Assembly: GCF_964213995.1 (NCBI RefSeq)
Contig: NW_027590120.1
Location: 2,232,001-2,296,000, forward strand
From: Mustelus asterias
Taxonomy: Eukaryota
Length of the DNA stretch: 64,000 nt
Direction of reading: 5' to 3'
Shown here: positions 37,818 to 48,157 of the stretch, piece by piece
How the letters are laid out: the number at the start of each line of letters is the position of its first letter
Position numbering within the stretch: the first letter of the stretch is position 1
The notes under the pieces: model-generated
Told to the model about the DNA's origin: nothing
What the model saw: only the letters and a program-made list of their open reading frames with translations
Database searches by the model: none
Position numbers and translations under genes: made by a program

Positions 37818-38929
37818 TTGCAATGATTGGATATTGTTAATCACGTCCAGGATTGAACTGTGTTCATTTGGGGTCTGTTTTTGCTGATGTTACTAACCTC
37901 CAGTCCAGTTATACAAGTGCTAATCTCCTGGCTAAAAGTCAAATAAACTGGCTTTGTGTTAAACAATGTGAGTCGCCTGAATATCTGACACAAGTTAATT
38001 CCTTCTGAAGGATTCTCCGTCTTTCTATCTGCTCCATCCTCACCTCCAAGTGAGAGGAACTCATGGATCTTCTTTGATTGGAAGATCTCAATCTTAGTGA
38101 CAGTTGCCTCTGCCGTGTCCATCCCATGCACTAGCCCACCGAGCTAAAATACCCCTTATCTGAGTCCTGCATCTGTATCTTTCTCTAGATTCTCCCACCT
38201 CCCCTCATGACCTCTGCCCTCAAGACCCACTTCCTGCACCTTCTATCCTATTCTCGCTGAACTGCTGACTACACAACATCCCCACGTGAGCTTACATTGT
38301 TAGTGGTTCGCTTCTTTCTTCGGGTATTGTCCCTCTTTCCTTTAAATCTGTTGTCATCTCCCCCCACTCCCCCCAAAATAACAAACACATCACTCCTGCA
38401 TCAGTCCCTGGTTAAGCAGCACCTTGTTTTAAAATTTCTATCCTTATTTTCAATCACTGTATGGCCTCGCCCTTCCCTATCTTTGTGATCTTCTCCAGCC
38501 CCACAACTCTCATATATCAGATCATTTCCAATTCTGGCCTCTTGTAGTGACCATATTTCATTTGCTCCACCGATGGTGGTGGTGCTTTCAGCGTCATCAC
38601 CTGTAAGCTCTGGAAATCCCTCCATAAGCCTCTCTACCTCTTTCTCCTTCTTTACGATGCTTCTTAAATAGTCACTTTGTAAGTGCAGAGGATTGCTGTA
38701 AAATGAGCCATGCTGCAGAAGCTTTTTCACTTAACATGACAGATACAAGAATAGCAAATTTCAAAAGGAACAACAATTTATTCTGTGTGTAAAGAGGTTG
38801 CTGATGGGTTGGGAAGTTGACTTTGGCTGAGTCATTGCAATGTGGAATGCTCCAGAGAACGGTTTGTTCCTCCGTGCTTTTGTTTAATTGGAAAATTGAA
38901 AGGAGGGAGATGGCAAGTAGCTCACACCA

Positions 38930-40720
38930 ATTGCTGGGAATTGTAGAAAGAATGAACCGCACATGAAGCTCGTTCTCAGAAAATAACTGGATGGAACAGC
39001 ACAAAGTGGACTGAAGAACTTCCACTGGTTCTCATGAGTATCTGGAGTAGGTCCCTATTAGCCCCATCGAACCACAGGAGTGTCATATTGGAGACCAAGT
39101 GAGGGTAAGAAATTGTGCAAAGGGAGATGTGTTTGGACCCCTGTATAAGGGACCATACACGACAATGGATAAGGTCAGTTGTATTGAATATGCAAACGGG
39201 CGGCACGGTGGGGCACAGTGGTTAGCATTGCTGCCTCACAGCGCCAGGGACCCGGGTTCAATTCCTGGCTTGGGTACTATCTATGTGGAGTTTGCACGTT
39301 CACCCCGTGTCTGCATGGCTTTCCTGCGGATGCTCCAGTTTCCTCCCACAGTCCGAAAGACGTACTGGTTAGATGAATTGGCCATGCTAAATTCTCCCCC
39401 AGTGTACCTGAACAGGCACGGAGTGTGGCAACGAGGGGATTTTCACAGCAACTTCATTGCAGTGTTAATATAAGCCTATTTGTGGCACAAATAAAATAAT
39501 AAACGTTTTGGCTAAAAAGTCAAATGGTTTTCTCATAACTTGGTGAAACTCAGAGTCCCAGATAATGGAAGAAGCTGAGAAGGATCAGGACTGTTACGTA
39601 CACGGTGAAGAATATGCTGCGGACCTGGGACAATGATGAAAAAGAAGTGAAAAGTGCACCTGTACCATGGCTATTGTATCAGGAGGATGTTAAGATGGAA
39701 GCTCAATCCCCCTCAGCATCTTCATCTGGATGTTATCCAAAATCACATTAGGAAGGGGAATAATATCCAAAATGTCAGACAGTAACGGGGTATAATGAAT
39801 GATGCTTCAACAGCTTTTAACACCAGGGTTGTTAATACCATTAACTTAGCCACTCTTAAGGTCGGAACTTAACCATACATTTACAACATATGGTCAGGCC
39901 CTAAAGTCTCACGTACAAATGATCAATCAAATTATTAAAGAAAGTAAAATTGTATTAAGTGAATCTACTGAATGTATAATGTATGGATCTTGGTTGGTGG
40001 AACAAGCCAGAGAGATGATATAGTATATTGCTAAAGGAAGATGCACTGCAGCAATTCACCAAGGCTCCTTAGGCAGCACCTTCCAAAGCCACGACCACTT
40101 CCATCTAAAAGGACAAGGACAGAAGATAAAAGCAAAATACTGTAGATGCAGGAATGTGAAACAAAAACAGAATATGGTGGAAAATCTCAGTAGGTCGGAC
40201 AGCATCTGGGGGGAGTGAATAGACCCAATGCTTTGAGTCTAGATGACCCTTCATCAGAAGGGCAAAAAATACATGGGAATACCACCACCTGCAAGTTCCC
40301 CTCCAAGCCATTCACCATCCTGAATTGGACATGTATCACCATTCCTTCACAGTCACCGGGTCATAATCCTGGAATCCCCTCCCTAACGGCATTGTGGGTG
40401 AACCCACAGCACATGGACTGCAGGGTTTCAAGAAGGCAGCTCACCACCACCTTCTCAAGGGCAGCTGGGGATGGGCGATAAATGCTGGCCAGCCAGCGCT
40501 GCCCATGTCCATGAATCAATTAAGAAAATGGTTCCCTTGTAGTTAACAGACCAACACCTAAAGGCTATGCCCACTTATCCATATAACATGACTATGTGTC
40601 AGGTTAGAGAGCTGGTACAGGTACAGTCAGTGATACATCAGTGTGAATGGTTCAATAGGAGGAATACTACTCCATTCAATCCAGAGACAGTGTCTGATTT
40701 TGCTCACTTCTTTGTCATTC
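38930..40720 (+). mobile_element. Decayed env-bearing LTR-retroelement/endogenous retrovirus remnant (integrase + env), interrupted by a SINE (39198-39500) and a LINE/Penelope piece (40040-40527)
   Basis: GIVERMNRT (38937), KWTEELPLVLMSI (39004), GDQVRVRN...GPLYKGPY (39090), then RQ*R/GIMNDASTAFNT (39777), CIMYGSWLVEQARE and VPL*LTDQHL. Confidence 0.65.
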
Positions 40721-40879
40721 TTGTTGAGCCAGTGTGACGGCCTGAGCAATTCAAACCCGATGAGCTGAGTGGGTGTTCACTGCATCACAGATCTGATCTT
40801 GTCCCAAAGCCTTTCCACACTGTCTTCACTGGAGTCTGTGAGAGTGAGGTGGGAAGAAAGCTGCACCTGCAATTGGTCT

Positions 40880-41462
40880 GAATCATAGAATCCCTACAGT
40901 GCAGAAGGAGGCCATTTGACCCATCGAGTGTGTACCGACCACAATCCCACCCAGGCCCTATTCCCATAACCCCACATATTTACCCTGCTAATCCCCCTGA
41001 CACTAAAGGGCAATTTAGCATAGCCAATCAGCCTAGCCCACACATCTTTGGACTGTGGGAGGAAACCAGGGCACCTGGAGGAAACCCACGCAGACACGGG
41101 GAGAATGTGCAAGCTCCACACACACAGTGACCCGAGGCCAGAATTAAACCTGGGACCCCTGTGTGTGGAGTTTGCACATTCTCCTCGTGTCTGTGTGGGT
41201 TTCCTCCGGGTGTTCCGGTTTCCTCCCACAGTCCAAAAATGTGCGGGTTAGGTTGATTGGCCATGCTAAAATTGCCCCTTAATGTCCTGAGATGCGTAGG
41301 TTAGAGGGATTAGCGGGTAAATATGTAGGGATAAGGGGGTAGGGGTGGGGTGGGATTGTGGTTGGTGCAGACTCGATGGGCCAAATGGCCTCTTTCTGTA
41401 CTGTAGGGCTTCTATGATTTCCCTGATGCTGTGAGGCAGTGGTGCTGAACACTGTGCCGCCC
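40880..41462. mobile_element. Two nested, oppositely oriented HE1-type SINEs
   Basis: Minus-strand SINE 40880-41160 plus 41420-41462 is split by plus-strand SINE 41160-41420; ccctg is duplicated at the junctions. Confidence 0.85.
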
Positions 41463-42129
41463 GTTCTCTTGCCCCTCTATCCTGGAGAATGTGAATGTGA
41501 AATCTTCTCCTGAGTAGCACAGGAGTGAAGGGGACTTTTAAAGAAAACACTTCAAAACACTCTGAACCTCTGTTTGAAATGCAGCGACCTTACCAGCGAC
41601 ACATATATCCAATATTGAAATAAGAAACAGGGTTTTGAACTTTGTGTGTGTAAATCCTTCCCTTCTAACCCAGATAAAATTAATTTACACAATCCATCCC
41701 TGTCAATCCAGGATAGGAATTCACAACATTCTCTCCTGTTGACAGGGAGCACCGTGCACACGCACTGCTCTGCATTAAACAATGAAAGATGTGTTGGGTT
41801 TGCATGGACAGAATATCCTGCAGATGTTTCAAATCTGAAATAAAAATAGTCAAAGCCCCAAATAGTCAGTCAACAGGCCCGGCAGCTTCTGTGGAGGCAG
41901 AAACAGAGTGAAACATACAGTCAAACACCCACATGAATCCGGAGCAGCAGTGGCCCCTCTGCTCCAGCATTTGATAAGATCCTGGCTGATCTGATTGTGA
42001 CCACAACTCCACTTTCCTGTCTACCCCCAACACCCGCCCCCCAAAAAAAACCCTTAGACTCTCTTGTCAATCAAGAATCCATCCATCCTTTCCTTACCTT
42101 TTCTCCCCCTTTTATTTCCCTTTCCTCTT

Positions 42130-42482
42130 TTCCCATTTTACCTCTCTCCCACCCATTCCCTCTCCCCCTCCCCCCACATCTTCATCTGTCACAGTTGATT
42201 TTAGTTTCTCTGCCGTTGGCCATTCACACCGTTTATTCTCTCGATGGACTGCCATTAGCAGCTCTTTACCTGAGTTTCTGTAGCTGTGACTCATTTTTCA
42301 TTCCCTCACCCTGCAGAATAAATATCTCCCACTTTCTATGCCTTTTAGCTTTGACAAAGGGTCGTCTGGACTCGAAACGTCCGCTCTTTTCTCTCGTTAC
42401 AGATGCTGTCAGGCCTGCTGAGATTTTCCAGCATTTTCTCTTTTGGTTTCAGATTCCAGCATCCGCAGTAATTTGCTTTTAT
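42130..42482 (+). mobile_element. Penelope-like (second family) terminal-repeat fragment
   Basis: agctttgacaaagggtcgtctggactcgaaacgtccgctct...cagtaatttgctttta; related copies at 11055, 22815, 40130-40260, 43010-43125, 44620-44750, 51715-51895 and 54950-55127. Confidence 0.65.
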
Positions 42483-43259
42483 CCATTTAATCAGTCTTAA
42501 AAACATGACTCTGTCTTCACTGCTCTCTGGGGAAGAGAAACCAAAGACCCTCTGAGAGAAAAAACATTTCAATCTCTCTGTCTCAAACGTCTCAAGTCTA
42601 GCTCGCTCTCCAGTGCCACACAGAGAAAGCCAGGCCTGTGAAGGAGGGAGAGAGGGAGATGGGGAAGAACAAAATGAAAGATCTGCAAACTGACAAAATG
42701 ATTCACGGCCCAAGACCAAAGCGAGTGGTAATGGGACAAGTAAAGCCACAAAAAATATTCTGGATGCGGTGTGAATAGCAGCAGTCTGAATACAAAGTAA
42801 AGAAAACAAGAGGTGAAAAAAGCAACAACGAAACACAGAACACAATGGGGGCAGAAATTGGGGTGTAAAATTGTTGAACTCAGTTTTGTTCTGAAGGCTG
42901 TAAAGTGTCTCTTTCAGTTGCGGGAAATATATTTCCCAGTTCCGATGACAGGTCACATTCAGTCTGTTTGTCTCTCCACAGAGGCTGCCTGACTTGTTGA
43001 GTATTTCCAGCCAAAAGAGAAAATGCTGGAAAATCTCAGCAGGTCTGGCAGCATCTGTAAGTAGAGAAAAGAGCTGCCGTTTCGAGTCCAGATGACCCTC
43101 TTGACAAAAGCAGTAATTTGCTTTCATTCATGAATATTTCCAGCGTTTTCTGTTTTATGTCACAGAGAATGTGTAAGAATTGTCACACCCGGAACAGATG
43201 TCTCTTCCTCGGGACACTCCAGCTCGGGTCAGGGTGGGGGGATAATGTTCACTGTTTTA

Positions 43260-43570
43260 TATTTGTGTCTGGCGCGAATAATACCTTAGATTAAACGGAA
43301 AAGTTTTTAAACTGAGGAGAGTTGCTGCATTTGGGCGCTGACTTTAAACAACATTAACCAGCCCGGGCTGCTGGAGAAACATCTGGGGATTTGTGAGCAG
43401 TCAGTTCCGGCTGGTTTGAAGTGAAATCCTGTCGGTGCTGCGGCAAATCTGAACTCAAACCAGACAAACTGGAACCGCTGGGTTAGAGATTCCGGGTGTT
43501 GGGATGTGGAGGCTGGGGGAGGGGGAGATGGCGGGAAAACTCTGAGCCTGAGTTTAGACAGGGTGAGCGG
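43260..43570 (+). promoter_or_regulatory. Promoter/first-exon-like module P6 (upstream of ZF-I)
   Basis: tggcgcgaa and ggcgggaaa (E2F-like), ttccgg x2, donor gg|gtgagc at ~43562; elevated CpG. Confidence 0.45.
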
Positions 43571-45922
43571 GGTAAAGGGGAGGAATGACAGAGTTAATGT
43601 GGGAGTCAGGGACAATAGCAGAAGGTGGGAATCTCTGGAAAGGAGCAATGGGGGTAAAGGCCGTCAAAGAATGCTTGTTTAAATGAAGATAAAAGCAAAA
43701 TACTGCGGGTGCTGGAATCTGAAACAGAAACAGAAAATGCTGCAAATCTCAACAGGGCTCACAGCATCTGTGGAGAGAGAATGGAGTTAATGCTTCCAGT
43801 CTGGATGATCACAGATGCTGTCAGACCCGCTGAGGTTTTCCAGCACTTTCTGTTTGTGTTTAACTGAAGGTTCATCAGGGAAAGAAGCAGCGAGTTCACA
43901 CACACTGATCCCAGGAGGAGGGGGTGACCCAGGATAAGGTACAGCCACAGCTCAGTGAGGCTCTGCAATGTACCTCAACACATCCACATTGAGAGCGCCA
44001 AGGGGGAGGGGAAGGAGAAACTATTTGGGACACAGCAGGAGGTCACCCCTCCCCCCACTCTGTGGTTCCACAGACCCTCCCACACCTGGGCAGGGTTGGC
44101 TCAAGGTGCAGGAAGCTGCAAGCTGAGAGGCTGAGCTGTGAATTGGGCGGGGTTGGGGGTTTGAGTGACAGTCCTGGGGCTATTTCAGGACAGGAACCGC
44201 CACAGATTCCCTCTTTTTCCTGGGACGTTTCAGTGGAGCTGTGTTGGTGAGTGTTTATAATTTCTGTCTCTCTGTCTCGGTAATGGGGGTGGGTTGTAGA
44301 TTTCTGTCAGTGTTTGACTAAATAACCTCTCCTCATGCTGCCAGTTCCAGTCGGCAGACTCTAGTTCTCAGTCCAGTTGACGGCTCTGTCTCTGTCTCTC
44401 TGTACTTTGCTGCAGTGCTCCGCACCCTGAGCAACATCCAGCCCATTGTTATCGCCTGAAAGTGGCAGCAGACTACCCTCACTGTGACACAGTGATTAGC
44501 ACTGCTGCCTCATAGCACCAGGGTTCGATTCCAGCCCTGGATAGTTGACTGTGTGGAGTTTGCACAGTAAGAAGTCTCACAACACCAGGTTGAAGTCCAA
44601 TAAGTTTATTTGGAATCAAAGCAAATTACTGCGGACGCTGGAATCTGAAATCAAAAGAGAAAAAGCTGGAAATTTTTCAGCAGGTCTGGTACATCTGTAA
44701 GGAGAGAAAAGGGCTGACGTTTCGAGTCCAGATGACCCTTTTTCAAAGCTACTCCTTCAGCACTCAGAAAGCTCGTGGTTCCAAATAAACCTGTTGGACT
44801 TTAACCTGGTGTTGTGAGACTTCTTCCTGTGCCAACCCGAGTCCAACACCGGCATGTCCACCTCATGTATGGAGTTTGCACAATCTCCCTCTGGATGCTC
44901 TGGTTTACTTGGACAGCCCAAGGATGTTAGCTGGATTGACCATGTTAAACCTGTCCCTGAGTGTCCCAAGGTGTGGAGGGTCTGATTTGATTTATTATTG
45001 TCGCACATTCTGGGATACAGTGAAATTTATTATTTCTTCCGTGCTATACAGAAAAAAAACATAACTTGATAAAGTGCATAGAGGGAAAGGAAAAGAGTCG
45101 GGTGCAGAACATAATGTTGCAGTTGCAGAGTGTGTGAAGAGAAAGGTCAGTAGGGGGATTAGCAGGGTAAATGCGTGGGGTTACCGAGATAGAGTGTGTG
45201 CCTGAGAAAGATACCCTGTCAGAGAGTCAGTAGAGACTTGATGGGTTGAATGGCCTCTTTCTGCACTGTGAGGATTCTATGATTAGTGAATTACGGTGAA
45301 CAACTTTTGAATAGAGGGGTTTCTGAGGCGCAAAGCATTGTGGGAATTATGACCGCCATTAGTCAATGACTGACTCTAAATGTTCAATTGCAGACTGAGG
45401 GCAGGTCAGCAACCTGAGCCCTCAATTCTGTTTGTGACTCTCAGAGGCTGCCTGGCCTGATGAATATCTCCAGTATTTATTTTCTTTGTCTCAGATACAG
45501 TCTCTACAGAGTTTTGTTTCTGTTTTATTGTTTTAGAGGTTCGAGTTTAGAAGCAGTTAGGAGTCGGTTTGAATCAGGCTGCGTGTTGGATGCAGAACTC
45601 GGTTCCTGCCTCCTGTGTGGGTTTTTTTATTGTTGCTTTTTTCTGAGTTCTATTCTCTCTGGGTTCTCTCTCAATCCCCTTTTTTCTGTTTTAAATCAGT
45701 TTCACAGGAACTAGAAGGGGACGATTTGCAGTCTGGAAACTGAAAATAAATAGATCAGGATCTGCCAGAGTCACCCAATTTATTGTAACTGATTATCAGT
45801 GGATTTTGAACATGGAAGGAAAAAGCACTGTTCACAGTGGAGAGACACTGTACACGTGTTCTGTGTGTGGACGAGGCTTCAGCTGATCACCTGGTCTGGC
45901 AAAACATGAATGCAGCCACTCC

Positions 45923-46429
45923 ATGGAAAAACTGCAGAAATGTGAGGACTGTGGGAGGGAATTCAATTACCCATCCCAGCTGGAAACTCATCAGCGCAGT
46001 CACAGTGGGGAGAGACCATTCACCTGCTCTGAGTGTGGAAAGGGATTCGTTCTGTCATCCCACCTACTTACACATCAGCGAGTTCACACTGGGGAGAGAC
46101 CTTTTAAATGCTCTGACTGTTGGAAGTGCTTCAAAAGTTCTGGTGAACTGATGTCCCATCAACATGTTCACACTGATGAGAGACCATTCAGGTGCCTTTA
46201 CTGTGGGACTGGGTTCAGGCATTCACATCACCTCACTGTACACCAGCGCACCCACACTGGGGAGAGACCATTCACCTGCTCCGAATGTGGGAAGGGATTC
46301 ATTCAGTCTTCCAGCCTGCTGAGACACCAGCGCACTCACACCGGGGAGAGACCATTCATCTGCTCCGAGTGTGGGAAGGGATTCACTCAGTCATTCCATC
46401 TGCTTAAACACCAAAGAATTCACCAGTAA
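45923..46429 (+). CDS. C2H2 zinc-finger protein ZF-I (168 aa, 6 fingers), preceded by an in-frame 24-aa uORF (45812-45886)
   Basis: Intact [14 protein letters not shown]...HQRIHQ*; acceptor ttcacag at 45701-45707; aataaa at ~46548. Confidence 0.75.
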   Translation: MEKLQKCEDCGREFNYPSQLETHQRSHSGERPFTCSECGKGFVLSSHLLTHQRVHTGERPFKCSDCWKCFKSSGELMSHQHVHTDERPFRCLYCGTGFRHSHHLTVHQRTHTGERPFTCSECGKGFIQSSSLLRHQRTHTGERPFICSECGKGFTQSFHLLKHQRIHQ

Positions 46430-46599
46430 CCACAATAATTGGAATCTACTGTCAATACTATCCAGGACTCTAATATGTTAATTGGGTTTGTTTTTGTTGA
46501 TGTTAATGAACTCCAGTCAGTTATGTGGTTTAATATTCTGAAAGTCAAATAAATTAGCTATGTGTTCAGTACTGTGAATCTTTTTAACATCATCAGCAC

Positions 46600-47070
46600 A
46601 ACTGAATTCCTTCTGAGTTGCTCTCCTTTTGTCCCTCATCCAGCTTCACTTCCCCACAAGTGCTCATTGGGAATAAAACTCACAATCTTCTTTGTCACTA
46701 AGTTTGAGACAATCCAATCAGCTCCCTCTACTGCTTCTCTCCCTTCCGCTAACCCACTGGAACAAACCTCCTCTAACGCTCCCCTTTGTCTGAGCTCTGA
46801 ACTCTCATCTCTCTGCAGTTTCTCTCCTGCCTCCCCTCATGTCCTCTTAGAGCTCATCTTGCCCATGAGACCCATCTCCTGATCCCTCAATCCTATTCCC
46901 ACTGAGCGACTGACAGCACAACCTCTTCATATTAGCTGATATTGTCAATATCTTCCTCTCCTCCAAATCCAATATCATCACCCACTTCTCTATAAAATAT
47001 CCTTGACACATGCCCTGTAAACTACCATCCCATCTCCCTTTCCTCTCTAAAGTCCTTGAATGTTTACCTT
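46600..47070 (+). mobile_element. L2-like fragment downstream of ZF-I
   Basis: FFVTKFETIQSA...; LPFLSKVLE motif. Confidence 0.7.
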
Positions 47071-47689
47071 CCACATATTGCGAATTGTTTTCCCTTTCTC
47101 ACAGTGTATGGAAAAGTTTATTTTGCTTGTTCAGAATCTGTGGAATCTTGTGCCTTTATTCACTTAAGTGTCTTAAATATCCACCTTTATCTATTTTGTA
47201 CAAACTCACCCAAATCTGAAAGCAGTTTAGTGGGAATTGGGTGAACAGAACAGAAGGTGGGTCTCCTGGACAAGATGAGCTGCCAAGAGGAGATGGAATG
47301 TTGCAATCCCAGCTGATGTTACTATTGGACAGGAGGGTCCAAGAATAAAACCCTGGCTCAAGTGACCATAACTTTTATCATTTTGTTTTAGAAATGTGGA
47401 TGAACAGAGTCACTGAATGGCCAATTTACTTTTAACAAAAATATTTATTAAACTTGAAAAGATTGACAAAAACACAAGACTCCTTCATTCCACCCTCCTC
47501 CTGCTGCAGTGAACACACAGACACAGTGAGGGAGCTCCCTCTTGTGCTGTGAGGTAATTGGTCTCTATCTGGGAGATCACTGATTTCTCAGACGATGAAA
47601 GGATCTTATTGGAGAATTGTGCTGCTGTATTTTTCTTGTTGCTATTATTTTTTATTGTAATATACTTTAATGCAGATGAACCAATTCAC

Positions 47690-47915
47690 AGACTCAATAA
47701 CAATCTCAGAAACAGCAACAAGAAAACTTGCAGACACACACATTTACAGACACAGAGAAACTCACAAATACATATGCAGATATACACTATCTCAGACAAA
47801 CAGCTACAGGCAAACTGTCAGACACACACAAGCACATTCACAGACGCATGCAGACAAACAGACACACAGACATACACACTGTCACACACTCTCAAATACA
47901 GAGACAGACTGAGAC
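47690..47915. repeat. Degenerate (CA/GA)-rich low-complexity tract
   Basis: Runs of acac/cagacac. Confidence 0.7.
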
Positions 47916-48157
47916 CATGAAGAGTTGGTGTCAATCTCACCCTAATCCACCTGCTTAAATAATAACACCTGCACTAAAATAGTAACAGAAGCAAATCTGA
48001 AGCTCGGTGTGTGGGTTTTATTGTGAATGAGCTAAAGTATAAATATATCCCCAGAGCTTTGAGTTGGAGTGGAATTAATGATTTATCTGCTGCCTGCGAT
48101 CACCTTCAACAAATATTAAATCATAGAGATTATAAATTTTGAACAGCAATATCTAAT

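Noticed and set aside
42345-43127. 260-aa ORF as a novel gene
   Set aside because: It is a patchwork of Penelope-derived and other repeat fragments with no coherent domain.
47287-47500. Possible solo LTR starting tgttgcaatccc
   Set aside because: No second end, TSD or PBS could be identified by eye.
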